Origin: Hormiphora californensis
Taxonomy: Eukaryota; Animalia; Ctenophora
Assembly (NCBI GenBank): GCA_020137815.1
Contig: CM035357.1
Location: 620,001-684,000 of the forward strand
Length of the DNA stretch: 64,000 bases
Direction: 5' to 3'
Position numbers and translations under genes: made by a program. Position 1 is the first letter of the stretch. Every line of letters begins with the position of its first letter. This document shows positions 1 to 21,900 of the stretch, in pieces. The notes beneath the pieces are model-generated. The model was not told the origin of the DNA, did no database searches, and saw only the letters and a program-made list of their open reading frames with translations.

Positions 1-805
1 AAGGGGGACAGACCCTGATAAAGGGATAAGAGATGATACAAGGGGGACAGACCCTGGAAGGGATAAGAGAGGTGATACAAGGGGGACAGACCCTGATAAA
101 GGGATAAGAGGTGATACAAGGGGGACAGACCCTGATAAAGGGATAAGAGGTGATACAAGGGGGACAGACCCTGATAAAGGGATAAGAGGTGATACGAGGG
201 GGACAGACCCTGATAAAGGGATGAGAGGTGATACGAGGGGGACAGACCCTGGTAAAGGGATAAGAGGTGATACAAGGGGGACAGACCCTGGAAGGGATAA
301 GAGGTGATACAAGGGGGACAGACCCTGATAAAGGTATAAGAGGTGATACAAGGGGGACAGACCCTGATAAAGGGATAAGAGGTGATACAAGGGGGACAGA
401 CCCTGATAAAGGGATAAGAGGTGATACAAGGGGGACAGACCCTGATAAAGGGATAATAGAGGTGATACAAGGGGGGACAGACCCTGATAAAGGGATAAGA
501 GGTGATACAAGGGGGACAGACCCTGATAAAGGGATAAGAGGTGATACAAGGGGGACAGACCCTGATAAAGGGATAATAGAGGTGATACAAGGGGGACAGA
601 CCCTGGAAGGGATAAGAGGTGATACGAGGGGGACAGACCCTGATAAAGGGATGATAGAGGTGATACAAGGGGGACAGACCCTGATAAAGGGATAAGAGGT
701 GATACAAGGGGGACAGACCCTGATAAAGGGATAAGAGGTGATACAAGGGGGACAGACCCTGATAAAGGGATAAGAGGTGATACAAGGGGGACAGATCCTG
801 GAAGG
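1..805. repeat. ~39-bp tandem minisatellite (gaggtgatacaagggggacagaccctgataaagggataa)n
   Basis: About 20 near-identical units running off the window start; ORF 267..695 is only its translation (13-aa period). Confidence 0.95.
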
Positions 806-2786
806 ATATGATGTGAGGTGATCTGAAATCGGAATGGGAATTAGAACTATGTTTAAATCCTGTGAATCAAGGTCATAGTCGTGTTGTTATTGGTTCTCTG
901 CCCGACTCCAAAAATCACAACCTTCACTGCGCTGGCAAGCAAAAAGGTGGCCCCTTCCCCTAAACTTCCCCAAAGCATTATACACAAGTTACAGCATGTA
1001 CAGGGTGTTCATGTGGATTTTGGGGGGATTTTTTGTGCTGTTACAATACTAGGGATTTTGAGCTTCACCCAGAAAAAAGTTCAGCGGGGGGAACTCAGGT
1101 TCTTCGTGCCAGCTGAGTTCTTCGAGCTCAGTCCCGTTGCCGTGGACCTGGTTGGCTGATGGTCCAGTGATTACGGTCAAATCACACCGGCTCTCTCCCC
1201 AATCTTGGGGAGTAAACTTTGCCAGAGACCTTGCCGAACTCAACTATGGCACCGAGCTCTAGCAGTGCGGCTGGTCCCTGCTGGGATTTGGTTCGGCGGT
1301 CGATTGATGAGCGGTTGGTTGACGATTGATATCAGTCGTTGATCGATCGTTTGTCGGTCGGTCGTCGGGCTGAGTCTTAGTGAGGATCCCGGTTGAACTG
1401 ATAATCTCACCCCAGCCAGTAACCTTGTTACACATGGCAACCCATGATTTGTAATCACCGAGGGCCTCTGCCTACTAGGCATGCCTGATGACCCTTCGGC
1501 TGTCTCCCATTTAATTATGGGGGGTAAATTCTACGCCAGAGAACTAGCCTCCCTCAATTATGGCAACCCATGATTTGTAATCACCCGGCAGCTGTAGCCT
1601 TTAAAACAGCCCTCCTGTCCAACATCCCATATTGGTCGGACGGAGGTTACCTTCTCTCACAAAAATAGGGGTTATTCCCCTGGGGAACCTCTGCCCAAAT
1701 TTTTGCCACATACTACCTTTGCAATATATCTAGAACAATCCTCCTCACTAACAAACAGATCAAGCAACACACTTGATTTGGTAATATTCTCCAAACTAGT
1801 ATACAGAAGTAACCTATTCGAATAAACCATCCCCAACCATCCCGATCTGAAAGAAGTAGCAAACCACAGGGCAAGAATCGCTACGGCCGGGGAATTCCAA
1901 CAAAACCACATCATAAGGGACCCACGATTAAGGTAGGGCAGGTCTGGGCCATAACAAAGGGCCACCTCCGCCGTATGGCAAGTAATTACCCCGCAATAGT
2001 GCAACCCCTGGGAGCTGATAATTTGCCAAATGCTCACCAGAAGTTTACATAAGCGTTTTTCATGCTTATCTGTGCTTGCTAAGAAATTAGCTGTCCGGAC
2101 CCCCAGGTTGCATGCTGATAAGTACTGCTAGCGGTTTTGACCAAAGACCTGAGGTGTGATAAGATATTTCAGCCGTCACCGATTAGATGGTGAACCCACG
2201 GTATTGTCATATCCGGCAACCCACCTACCTCTACAGCTCCCTGGAGCAGTAGTAACCAAAGACCAGTCTGTGAGACAGGTAAATTCCATCCATTGTCCTG
2301 ACAATATAGGTATGTCAGTCTAATATTAGATTCACTGTATCAAATACTCTTCTTGTGATGCCGGCGAAGGTTCGAGGGAAATGTTGAGCTTGCTCGACAA
2401 AATACCAGGACCCAAACCGGAACAACATCAACATTATCCCTACGTGTGGGGGACGGTGGCGAAGAGTGATATTAATATAGGTTGTCTGCCGACCATTGTG
2501 GGGCAGTAAAGTGGGAGGAATGACGGGCGGTGCAAAACACACACACACACACACACCCAGAAAAAAGTTGGCAAGATTAGCTGATGAAACTTCATACTGG
2601 GTGAAGCCCAACGCTGTCTGGCGCCGCCGACCCCATCTGAGCGCACTGTCGAATGTGGTCAAATGGGATTTGGCGCCGCCGACCCCATCTGAGCGCACTG
2701 TCAAATGGGGTCAAATGGGGTATGGTGCCGCCATCCAGAACGCTTATCAAGGTCCGACATGAACACCCTGTATATTTACTACTCAC

Positions 2787-9566
<6,780 letters not shown>

Positions 9567-10357
9567 CCTTGATTTCGATTTGCAAACATAAAATCACGTT
9601 CAAAGGTTAAAAAGACATGCCATGCTTAGCGTGAAGTGTACAGTCAGCGTTTTTAGAAAAAATGGAAGTGCAAGCTTTCTTGGTCTACCTCCAAATCATA
9701 ATTATCCCCTGCTTCATGACTGTGATAATAAATTGCTTATGAGTGGCTCACGTTTCATGCCAAGACCATTGGAAGTTTTCCATCTTTACTTGGATCAAGT
9801 TGAGCTCGTATGTTATTTTTAATTGATGTTCGGACTTTACGGGTCAATCTCCTTGAGTGACTCTTGAGGCAAGAGCCTCGCCAATGTTGACCTGTCATAT
9901 TGAAGATTGAGACTGGGGCAAAAATAATCACATCAGTCTGTGTACTGGAATTGGTTGAATAATCAAGTGTTGTGAAGCACAAAAATATAACGATGAGGAA
10001 CGAAACTTAGAAAACCTGTGAGAATACTTCACACTCAAATCTTACGTAAAAGCACATTGGTGAAAACCTCGAAATCATAAATGGTCGTTTCAGGCTTTCG
10101 TGACGCATTTTTTGCTATCAACTAAATTTGAGAATAGGGTTTTCTCTAGCTATGGAGTCATTAATGCAATTGCCAAATGGCGTGCAGCTTGGCAGTTGGC
10201 CTCTGGGCTCTGCTGCAGGCGGTGGCCGGTGACCGAAGAATAGACAAATGGGATAGTTTTGGGTTTTAGCTTGTCTAAAAACCCCAAAAATCTCAGAAAC
10301 TCCTTCTCCACGTCACCTGAAATCTTGAGCCTAGATAGTTGAAAAAAGCAGAGATTT

Positions 10358-10776
10358 AAAGTGCGTTTCAAACGACTTGACCTGAGATTCCTGGAAATTC
10401 AGGATTTCCCCTTTGTAAATACACGCGCAATGCGCCAAATTCCAAGAATAGGGATCCCTAAAAAAGTTCAGTATTTACACAGAGTTTACACAGTCTTTAC
10501 ACAGTCATTACACCCAGAGCGGCGCGTGCTGCGTTTTGCGGCTTTTTCTAAGAAAATATTGGATTGTGTGCTGCACAATTGAGTAAATTGAGCGCTGCGG
10601 CGAAAAAAGTTTCCGAAAACGCTGCAAATCGAGTGCGAAAGACGCAGTCTTTACACCCAGAGCGGCGCGGGCGCTCTGGGTGTAACGACTGTGTAAAGAC
10701 TGTGTAAACTCTGTGTAAATACTGAACTTTTTTAGGGATCCCTATTACGGGTCAAGTCGCTTGAAACGGACTTTTT
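10358..10776. mobile_element. Long inverted-repeat (foldback) element
   Basis: aatagggatccctaaaaaagttcagtatttacacagagtttacacagtc (~10447) is mirrored at ~10687-10746; outer arms cgtttcaaacgacttgacc / ggtcaagtcgcttgaaacg. Confidence 0.75.
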
Positions 10777-12657
10777 AGCTTGGCAAACGTTGCTGGCAGC
10801 GCGGGATAAGGCAGCGCTTTTCAAAGATTTAGCGTGTTTTCGCACATTTTGAGATTTGTTCCATTTTCGGCCCGAAAATTTAGGACAAAAAACTCGGCGC
10901 GCGTCAAATAAAATCGGCGCGCAAATCCAAAATACACGCCGCGCATCATTTTTTCACAAATTCTGTCGTTGAAATCCGGCCACGAATTTTTTAAAAACGG
11001 TACAAAATTTTAAAAATGTTAAATTTATCTTTGGCTTGCGCTGCTGCAGATCCCTGGGGGCGTGAGGGGGACAGATGAGGGGAAATACGGCGCCATCCAT
11101 ACATCAGCAGGGTAGGCCAAAATTTATCTTGAAAAGCGCTGATTACTGATTCGGCGCTATGCTGTCTTGCTCGGTCGGCGAGACTTGGCTGTGTGGCTGT
11201 TTACAGTTCCAGATGAGCAAACCAAACGAAACGAAAAAACTTATTACTGATTCGGGTTCTGCTTGTGATCTGTCAATCTGAGCTATTTAGGGCGTTGCTT
11301 GTTCAAACAGTTCACACTTCACGCAGTGCTGCAGTGCTGCAGACATGAATATTTCAGACTTTCAGAAGTGCAGATGACAGTGAAGCGTATGAAAATAAGT
11401 TCCTAAAATAGTAGATAAACTTTAATCAAAACCCCTCCATGGAAAGGCAATGGTTGTTGTTGGTCCGTAGACCAGGATTTCATCAGTTCATCGTCAACAG
11501 TTATAACTGTTAATTGCTCTAACTTCTAAGAGCTGAAATTTTCCACAATCTCATCCTTCTCCCACTGATCCAAGTTTGTATGAGGGACCTCGAAATGTTC
11601 AGGTCTGTACCATGTGTCCTATCTCGACCAATCAACGCTCAGATGACATGCGGGTCACGAGTGGGTGTTCGAGCTATTCCGGGCTGTGATTGACTAGATA
11701 ATGTCAGCTGTCAGACCGAATATATAACGGTCCGAATCCGCGGTCCGCCGTTCTGTATTTACAGGGTATGCTTTACTTGCTACAGGAGCGTTCAGGGAGT
11801 CACTATAATTTGAATACGCGTTCATCTTTGTGATAAAGTGGATGCAGATTCAAGATGGTGAACTTGTTCATTTTCATGTTGTGTACCCCAATAATAAAGA
11901 CAAGTACTTGGCTGATATATGGTCGTTAGGCATGTGACCTTAATCAGCCATAAGACATGTGCAGACTTTATCGTCGCGTCATAGTGTTAGATTGTAAGAA
12001 TCATCCAGTAACCAGTACATTCTAAGAACTAAGAATTGTATGTTCTGAATCTACCGTGCAGTGATTACAGTGCTATTGCAGTGATGTGAGCACCCTAACG
12101 CCCCTAGCTGTTATCATTCATTTTATGAGAAAAGTCAAGAACTACTCTCAACTTTTGTCTGACGAATTTGAGATATGTCGTGCTTTTTAGAGGTTTACTG
12201 GTGCCACCGGGATAGAAGCGGGAAGACGATAAATCAAGAGAGAGGGCCGATAGGGCGAATGAAAGAGGTCAATTTCTGGGTTTGTTTGTTGTTACTGAAC
12301 CTCCATGCCAATCCGGGTATTTGGTATGGCACTGAGTCCCTAATTTCGCTCGCCTACCCGGGGCGAGAAAGGGACTCGTGATTTGGGTTTCTGGAACGTT
12401 TGAGAAGGTCTTTGAAGATGGTAGTATGAGGGTCAATTCCAGTAGTAACTAGGAATCACGTGTATACTTCACACTGCAGGGTTTTGACCATTATATAAAC
12501 AGGCTATTGCTGCATGGGCCGCGCGGTTGATAAATAAACACTTGTTTCCTATTAGGGGAGAGGGAGTTATCATATCCGGCCCCCTGACCAGAATCACACC
12601 CTTCCGCATAGATCTAACAACATGAGATCACCATTGAGAGAGAGGGAGAGAGGGAGA

Positions 12658-12717
<60 letters not shown>

Positions 12718-14873
12718 TACAGAGAGGGATAGAAATTGAAATTTGTAACGCTTGTTACGATTGCACGCCACGATTGGACCTTGACCACCACCAATCACGC
12801 CCTCTCTCTCACTCTCTCTTCTCTCACTCTCACTCTCCATCTCTCTTTCACTCACTCTTTCACTCGCTCTATCTCTCTCTCTATCTATCTATCTATCTTT
12901 CTCTCTCTCTCTAGATCTTTCTCTCTCTCTTCCCCTCTATCTTTGTATCTCTCTCTCTCACTCTCTATCCGGCCCTTACTCGTTGGTCGATTTACGTCCC
13001 ATGAGTGCTGCACGACAGGTGTTATAGTGCTTGTAGTGTCCCTTTTTATGAGCTCTTAGTCCTCTGCATGTGACTACATCAAGCATGGCGATCTAAAGGA
13101 CCGTGAAAATGTTATAAACTAGCTCCTCCTCCGCCCTCTAGCGTGAGAGCTTTACCTTCTTGATCAGCTTCAGTGAACTACCCGGCCCTCTACCGCGGGT
13201 TTCAGCTTCTCTCTCTCCCTCTTAGCTACTCCATCTATCTCTCTTTTTCTCACTCTCTCTCTCTCTCCCTCTCTCTCTCCCTCCCTCTCTCTTAGTTGAA
13301 ATAACGATCTCACCCTGCTCTCTCCTAGTTAAAGTAACAATCTCACTCTCTCTCCCTCTACTTTGTAGGTGCGTGGGTGTTCTATACGGCTCACGTCGGC
13401 ACGAACTTACACACACACACACGCTAACACACACCCTCTATATATCCCCCTTGCCTCAATTCCCACTTCCATTTGCACCCCCTTTGTATTTACAACTGTT
13501 TACGAGAGTCATATCTTGATCTTTAGTACTGCAAGTATTAGAATTCCCTTTGAACAATACCCAAGTAGAAATGGAATTGGACAGTATTTTGTTTCAGGGG
13601 AAATTTAGCGATCACCCTCGTCATGATCTTGTTGACAAAACTGGCATTTATTTGACCGTATTAGCCGGTAAATTGTCCTAACTCTGTTATGTTTTAGCTT
13701 GATCTCATGATCTCCCAGCTGCTGGCCTCTCAATGATAGTAGTATTATAGGGCTTGTCCTCTCAGAGCCGGGTTCAAAAGAGAGAGAGTTCCCTCGCCAA
13801 TCAGAGTGACTGATTGTTGGTGCCGGAAATGCGATGCAATTATAGCACCTCACAGCGTCTCTCTCTCTCTCTCTATCTCTCTCAGTCTCCGATCTTCTTG
13901 TACTCTAAGATCCTCTTTTTTATCTCCCTCTCTCCCGTTTCTCTCTCTCCCGATTTTAAGAGTCAAGGCTGGGAAACGTAAAGAGAGAGAGAGAGAGGGG
14001 TTTGGGAGTGGTGAAGGAGAGTAGATACCAATTTTACCCCTCCTCCTCCCTCTCTCTCTCTCCCTTCCTCTCTCACATCCTTAACAAGGCTCTAAAATAC
14101 TGTCTCACGTGCTTTACTGGGGGTGCGTCACATGTTCTAACACGTGGTCACGCAGGTACATGCGGGTTCTGCGTTGTAGTGCTTTTCAGTGTCACGTGGG
14201 ATAATGTCACGTGTTGGTCAGGTCATGTGCACACCTACTATCCCTTCTGCAGGCCTCTCTTCCGTTAGTGATTGCTTGTACAACACCGTGTGGGTTGATC
14301 CTTGGAAAGTGTTATTTGTGGTACCATGCCCGGAAATTAGTTTGTTTTTCTAATTACAACCCTTTTAATAATCCCACCTTGTTGGTTGTTACTTGTTGTG
14401 AGTGATTTACAACAACCGTAGATCTGTATTTTTCACACCATTTCGTGCTCTATCTACTTTTTATCTTTTCTCTTTTTTATCTTTGTTCATTGAGCTGCTG
14501 TTGTATCATGATTTTGGTACACCTTTCTCCCACGGTTTGAATGTTCTAATCTAAGGTCCAATCTAATGCAATGTTGAACAGAAATCCTTTCAAAGTGCCG
14601 ACATAAGAAGAAGTTCCTTTTGTGAAGACCTTTATGAAGGAGCAGTTCTAATTATTTCGAAATTATTTATTTGTTGTTGTTCCCACTGATGATATCCATC
14701 TGGATCAAAACAATTGTTTGGTAAAACATACTTGTTTGAATTTGTTATCTAATGCTTGAAACTGAGGGGACAACCAGGCCTGGGAAATCAAGATGCTTTT
14801 ATTTTGCCATTCATCTCTCTCTCTCCTCTCTCATCTCGTCTCTCTCCTCCTCCTCGTCGTCTCTCTCTTCCTC

Positions 14874-14973
14874 NNNNNNNNNNNNNNNNNNNNNNNNNNN
14901 NNNNNNNNNNNNNNNNNNNNNNNNNNNNNNNNNNNNNNNNNNNNNNNNNNNNNNNNNNNNNNNNNNNNNNNNN
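14874..14973. other. Assembly gap (100 N) next to a CT microsatellite, followed by homopolymer-inflated sequence to ~15850
   Basis: Run of N; the right flank is enriched in long mononucleotide runs. Confidence 0.97.
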
Positions 14974-16271
14974 TTGGGGGGGCGTTTCCCCATTTTTTTT
15001 TTTCCCTTTTGAGCCAGTTTAAAAGTTCCCCTTGTCGGGTGTAAAATGCTTTGCAAGTAACGTTTTGGGAATGATTTTTGAGCATTTAAAGTTTTAAATC
15101 CCCCGACCCCTTTGGTATTTGTAATGGAGATGTGGGGCTGATTAGTGAACAAGGGGCCCCTCCTTGATGAAATGATCTCGATCACGGGCCTTTTTGGAGA
15201 ACTTGAAAAGAACGGTGACTGAAAAACCCAATAATCAGCATAAATAGTGAAGAGTTGACATGATCAGTCAAAAGCCCCCTTTTCTTAATTGAATATTAGT
15301 ACTGCAAAATTTTGTTTCTTTTTAGATCAAAGTGATTTGAGGCATTGGGGGGGATATTAAAGAAAAAAATTGGACCCAATAACCCTTTATTGAGAATGTA
15401 ACAGCCCCCCAACCCACTTTTCCCACGTGAGGGTGGATCACGGTAGGAGTGACGGCGGAAAAAATCCAATGTGTCTCCCCCTGGAATCAGTTTATGCTAA
15501 AATTTGGTTTTTACAAAATAATCTTTACCAAAGAGGGAAAAAAAATTCCCCTGAAATTGGGAGGGGGTCTATATCGAAGGAACGGGAATTCATTCCGTTC
15601 ATGAAAAGAATTTTGGTGGCTCTGATTTTTTTGTCAGGAATAAAGATAGACATAGTGGAGAACCCGCCAAGTTACGTTCCACCACATGGCAAACTAGGGT
15701 TTTAGGGGGGCCCCTTTTTTTTCCCCGCACAGGGATGAGATCAGAAAAGAGAACAGACCAGAAAATAGATAAAAGGGAAGGCTGAAAGGGAATATATTTC
15801 AGAAAGAGGGGGTTTTGGGGAGCTAGGAGGAAGCAAAGAGGGCCGGGTGAAAGGTCTACTAAAAGTAAAAGTTCACGTCCGTGTACCCTTTGCTGCACGT
15901 GTGACACGTGACGGTACAGTTCCTTCCTAGGAACATTACAGACCTGGACACACGTTGAAGAATACCACCCTTCTGAATCCAATCGAAATCTGAATTCTGA
16001 AATTTATTTGAAAATACTAAAGTTAACCTAACCCTAAATCCAATTACATGAATTAGGAACTGACGATGCGTTTTATCAAATTTGACTAGTAATGCATCTT
16101 GGTTCCGTAACCAATTGATGTCAAGTCGCTTCAAGCTCATGTTCTCTATTTGAGATCGAGAGTGGTGCGACTGGTCATGCAAAGAGGGACCCCCTGTTTA
16201 CCTTTAACATCCCAGCACCACAACTGCTACACCTGTTACCACAAGGGCTCTCTCTCACTCACATACACACA

Positions 16272-16372
<101 letters not shown>

Positions 16373-18952
16373 GTCTCCCTACCCTTTTCTTGTACGTTAA
16401 ATGCACGTGTCTAAAACAAACAAGCAGCATGGGTCCCCAGAACACGCTGCCGTGTGCCCACTATCATAACACACACAGAGGTCAGAAAGAGAGAGAGAGA
16501 AGGTCAGAAAGAGTGAGAGAGAAGGTCAGAAAAAGTGAGAGAGAAGGTCAGAAAGAGTGAGAGAAAAGGTCAGAAAGAGAGAGAGAGAGAAGGTCAGAGA
16601 GTGAGAGAAGGTCAGAGAGTGAGAGAGAACACTTGGTTCGATAGCACCCCACTTTTTATTGGTGGAGAGAGATGATCATGAGGAGAGGGTTTGTGCATTT
16701 CACTGCATTCTGTTTACCCAGAACAGGCACCGGGAAATTGTCCTATCTTCCCATAATAATATTTGACGGCCACCGATGAGAGGATGCCAGGTTGTGGCGG
16801 ACTTTGAATCGTTTGGCAGCCAAAACAAGACATTACCAACCAGCTAACATCAAGGATTGAGATGTCACATGATAGTCATGACTCGCTCTTATTCTCAAAT
16901 ACCCCACCATTTCTCTGTATTTGTATATGTCCTCCTCTCTCTATCTCTCTATCTATCTATCTATCTCTCTCTTCTCTCTCCTCTCTCTCTCTCTCTCTCT
17001 TTGGAACTCCACCCTTCCCTGTCTTAGTGTTTACATCATAGGCTTATATACGAACCGTACACGTGTTCTCTCGGTGTACAATAACTGGGGTTCCGTACAG
17101 AAACATATAGAGAAAGAAAGGGAAGGGGGAGTTAGATGGGGTTAGAAAATAGTGAGAACAGAGTGTGCCGCCGCCACCCGCTTTCTGAGTAGCCATCAAA
17201 TGGAATGCTGCGGGTGTGTAAGTGCACTGTTTGACAAACGTACAACCACTTATACCTTCTACCCATTATTTCCTGAATAGAAAACCCGCGAGAGTGCAAT
17301 TATCAGATGTGACCTTGATTTTTAGGGAAAATGGGTCATTCTCTCTCTCCATCGCTCTATCGTTCTCTCTCAATATCGCCATCAGCCATACGTCTCTCAT
17401 TACTCCTTCACTCCCTTTCATTCTCTTGCTCCCTCTTTTTCATTCATGCAATGTTCTCTCCCTCCCTCTTTTCTCTTCTCTCCAGGCACTCGCGCTCACT
17501 ATAATCGGATTTCCTGCACTTGGGCCTCTCTTTCTCTCTCAGTTCGCTCTCCTTCTTTCATAGAGTGGACGAAGAGAGATGCCTACTCATACTCTCTCTC
17601 TCTCTCCCTCTCCCTCTCTCTCCCTCTCTTTCCCTCTCTCTTTCTCCTCTCTCTTCCACTCTCTATCTCTCTCCCTCTCTTTCTCACATGGGATTGACCA
17701 ATAGCGTGAGAGGGTGTTGTGGTAATGGGCCAATCAGCTTGGCAGCCGAGTGGCACTTGACGAGCCAATAATTACAATGATTAGAGGTTTGATTTGTTGG
17801 GCTTTATGAGCACATGACCGCGCTCTCAGCCCACCACATGCCGTGGGCGAGCACTGCTACATGTCACGTGAGGTGCCCGCTAAAATCACGTGACAGCACC
17901 ACGTGTTACGAGAAAGAGGGAAATAGTCAGGGCGACCGGATCCATTTACCGCTAGGATTGTGTTAATGGTTTTACTGAGAGTACTAATTGGAACCCCACG
18001 TGACCGAGGGGTGTAATATTTAGTCAGAAATAAATCTGACAAGAGATTGGACCACTTACAACCTCTAAATGACCATCTTTCGGCACTAATTGTTTTTAGT
18101 GGTGTTCACGCTCCTGTACTACAAGCACAGACAGACGTTGTCAGTTTCCTCTCCCCCATTCTATAAAAGAATCTCTCTTTCCATATATCTCTCCCTTCCT
18201 CTTCCTTTCCGTCTCACGCAATCAAGGTTCGTTAAAGCCGATATACCACACCCTGATATACAACAGAGAGATGGAGAGATGTTGGTACTTGTATCTACTC
18301 TTTGCCAAAAAGGCATGCTGACACATTTTGTTTACTCACCCTAAACTTATGATGCAAGCGCTTGGAGAGAACTCATACCTCGCATTCAACAACCACATTC
18401 CTTACATTCTCCCCGCCCTGGTCAGACCAGAAAATTAAAATACTCAAAAGTGAACCACAAATGTGAATTCTTTTCCTTTTTCTCATAATCTCAGAGATTT
18501 ATTTCCCGGTAATTATGGAATGAATAGAGTCTTGGATAATTTATCACTCCAGCGCATGTATGTCTTTGATTATTGATTCAGATATACACTTACACCCGAG
18601 TACCCTATAGTGCATTCTCTGGTGACCGTTCATTGTCAGGATTCCCTTGTTCTCGGTGGACTATCAGTCATATTTGTAGTACTACTCACGACTGCCTCTT
18701 ATGTGTCCAATTCTTGTTACAAATGTGCGAAGTACATTTACGGAAGGCGCGACGACACGGGAATGCCAGAGATGCGCTCTGAGGCAAATTAACCCCGCGC
18801 GCGCGGCTCTAACGTGGTTCAAAGAAAGTTTTACGAAGGAGCACAGAGGAGTCCGTGTGTGTGTGCGCACTTTTTTAAATTGGCGTCCATCTTTGTTTGT
18901 TATCACGCGTGTTCATTGTTGAACCCTTTTAACCTTTTTAAAGTTGATTGCG

Positions 18953-21900
18953 ATGGACAACGACGTGTCCTCGACGATTGATTACTCTCACTATATTGAA
19001 AATGAGAATGAAAACCTCCCCGCAACTTCCATTCACAGGCATGCTCAAGCTGGATATCACACGACCAGCGTGGGCGAAAAAGTAAGTCTGTCAAGCTCAT
19101 ATCGTTTTGAAAACTTTGATTATTGCATCATGCCATCATAGTCTAGATGTTAACTTGTTTATACCTCAGCTTGTCCCTGGAATCACCATCGATTTTGATC
19201 TTGCTGATCCGTACTTCAATGAATTTAAACCCGGTGAATACAGCAGCTTACATGACCCTCACTTGAAAAACTTCCTGAACAAAAAGTCCGTTCGGATTTG
19301 CCTGATGAAAAACAAACTGCTCACCAAAAACGGGGAGGTCCGCTGTACTCTTCACGAATTCAACCGATTCCAGGTTGGCAGTGAATTCAAATTATACCGT
19401 TTTCTGTTTCAATGTTTCATAACATTCTTCTTAAACTCACGGTCTTCTCCCCACTTCCCAGAGAAACCTGAAACACTACTTCAAGACACAGAAACGAATC
19501 GCTGCAAACTTGGAGAAAAAGTTTTATGTTGACCCCCGAAAAACCATTCGAAATAAACTGAAACAGGAACGACTCTCCAACAGAATTCAGGTAAAATTAA
19601 CTCTCAGCCAGCATAAAATAAATACACTTTGACTGTCGTCCAGCTTGTCTGTAAAATTGATCTTACACCTGTTTCCTCCCTCTCAGCACAACTTGAAAAT
19701 AGCAGAGGCAAGAGCTCGACACACCGAATTCAACATGAGGCGACGGAGGCAAATCCTAAACGGGATCATTCAAAAGGATAAACAGGCCGCCGAGGTGGGT
19801 CTATAGATCGTTTATTCATGTTTTTACATTGTTTGAGCTATACTGATATTTTCTAAATTCTAGGAGTTGGGAATTGCTTATTGCTAATCCAACCTCTCCG
19901 TCTTAGTTGATCCGTCGTGTGCGTCTGGAGAGGGACGAAATGGAGAGTCAGGCCCAGATGGAAACTAAACGAAGGGAGTTGATTAAGATTCGACTAGACA
20001 GCACTGATATTATCCGGCGATGCTCCATCATAAAGCGGATCAAGCAGAAAGAGAGGATTGTTTCACAGAAGATGCTGATAGAGAAACAACGCCGTATCAA
20101 GCAGATCTCCGCTCAAGTACGTTTCAATGCCCGTTTCAATTATCTGCTTGTCAGTTTTTATGTTCTAACCCACGAAACAGGGTCTAACTAGGCAACTTGT
20201 CAGCAAGTTGAAAATGTTTTAAGTCTTGACACATGTCCCTTTTTAGAGGTGGCAGTGGCATCAGGAGAGAATGAATGTGAAGGATAAAGAGTTGATTAAG
20301 TTCCTGAACGAGGAAACAGATAAGAAGAAGACCCGTATGGAATCAATCTACAGTCGAGCACAACATTCCGAAGAGAACAAAAATGTTTGCAATGGTAAGG
20401 TTTTTTACCTCGTACCTCTAACCCCATACCAGAAATTTCCAACCCCGTACCTCCTTCTAACCCCGAATCTCTTTCTAACTTCGTACCTCTAACGTCTTAC
20501 CTCTGTCCTCTGACCCCGTACCTCTTTCTAACCTCCTATCTTTTCTTAGAGCGGCAAAAATGTGTCTTTGAGGAACACCAGAGGATTGAAGACACCCACT
20601 TGGTGGAGGCGAGACAATGGGAAGGAAAGGTGTGCGATAAAAGGGCGAAGGCAGCAGCTAAATGGAGACATAAGATGAACATCAAGCAGACTGTTGCTGA
20701 CAGTCGTATGGCTGATATCGAAAAAAGTAAATGTGAGAGGAAGAAGAATGCCCTGGAGAGAAAGAAGGACCAGGTTAGTCATCTAGTTTCTAAAAAATGG
20801 GTTTCAAATGTTTAGATGATGATCACCTTCAGTTTTTTTCACTCCTGCACTTTTATTTAGATTGCCGAGAGTTTGAAAGAATTGGAGAAGATGAATGTGA
20901 CGGTGCTTGGTACCACTGGTTATGGATCTCACGAACTGGCGAATATTCACCGTGATGCCTCCAAAATCAGGTTCGTACAAGATCCTCCTCCTTCCTAGTT
21001 CCCCTTAGTTCCTCTAACAGTTATACAAATAACACACACTAGGTATTCACTTATTAACCCACTCACACTTTGAACCTGCAGATTTTCTGCCTACTACGAT
21101 CCTGGCCGGGACACAATCGATCCATGCCGAACCACCCAGTTCCACTCCTACTTCAAGCCCCTCCACGTCATTCACGCCAAGTATCTACCTGGTTTGTCGC
21201 CTCCCCCAAGAAAGGTTGATACACGGCCTGCTCGGAAAGTCCGAATAAAGAAGCCTCCTGTAACGATTGTGGATGAACCAGTTCCAGTGAAGAGCACTAG
21301 TACCGTGGATTCCTCGACCAGTAGCGTGCCAGATAGTCTGCTAGAGGAACTCTTGTCAGACCTGCTGCAGGAGGAACTGGAGGACGTTGTTCAGGAGTGT
21401 CTGGCCGAGGAGGAGGGAGAGGAGGAAGTGGCTGAGTACAGATCCGTACAGAGAACTTATGTCCAGTCTAACTTCTCCCTCACCTCGGACCAAGAATCCA
21501 GTACTGCTTACAGAGAGAGTGTGGGTACATGTGGATCTGAGTTTGACATGGATGACCTTGTGATGGATGTGGTGGCCAAACTAATGGCCTGTCTGAAGGG
21601 ATCTGTGGACACTGACAGTGTATATAGCGGCCAAACTAGTACAACAGACTGCACAACTCGGGATGGAGAGTCCATCGTTACTGACATCGTTCTGAGACTT
21701 ATCGCCACCATCCAGCACTTCACACGGGAATCAGAAATGACAGTTTCACAATCCATTCAAAGCATTCTATCCTCCTCAGCCGATTCTTGCACAAGTCGTA
21801 GCACACTCAAAGATCTGCACACACGGGCTCAGTTTCTTTTGAACCACGCTCTTGACGCGGCCAAGTTAAAGCTCCAGTTCAGAGGTTACAACTACATGAC

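Noticed and set aside
267-695. RGD-repeat protein ORF
   Set aside because: Translation of a minisatellite whose units vary by indels; no gene context.
1049-2037. Possible degenerate transposase fragments on the minus strand
   Set aside because: No convincing catalytic motif or termini recognisable by eye.
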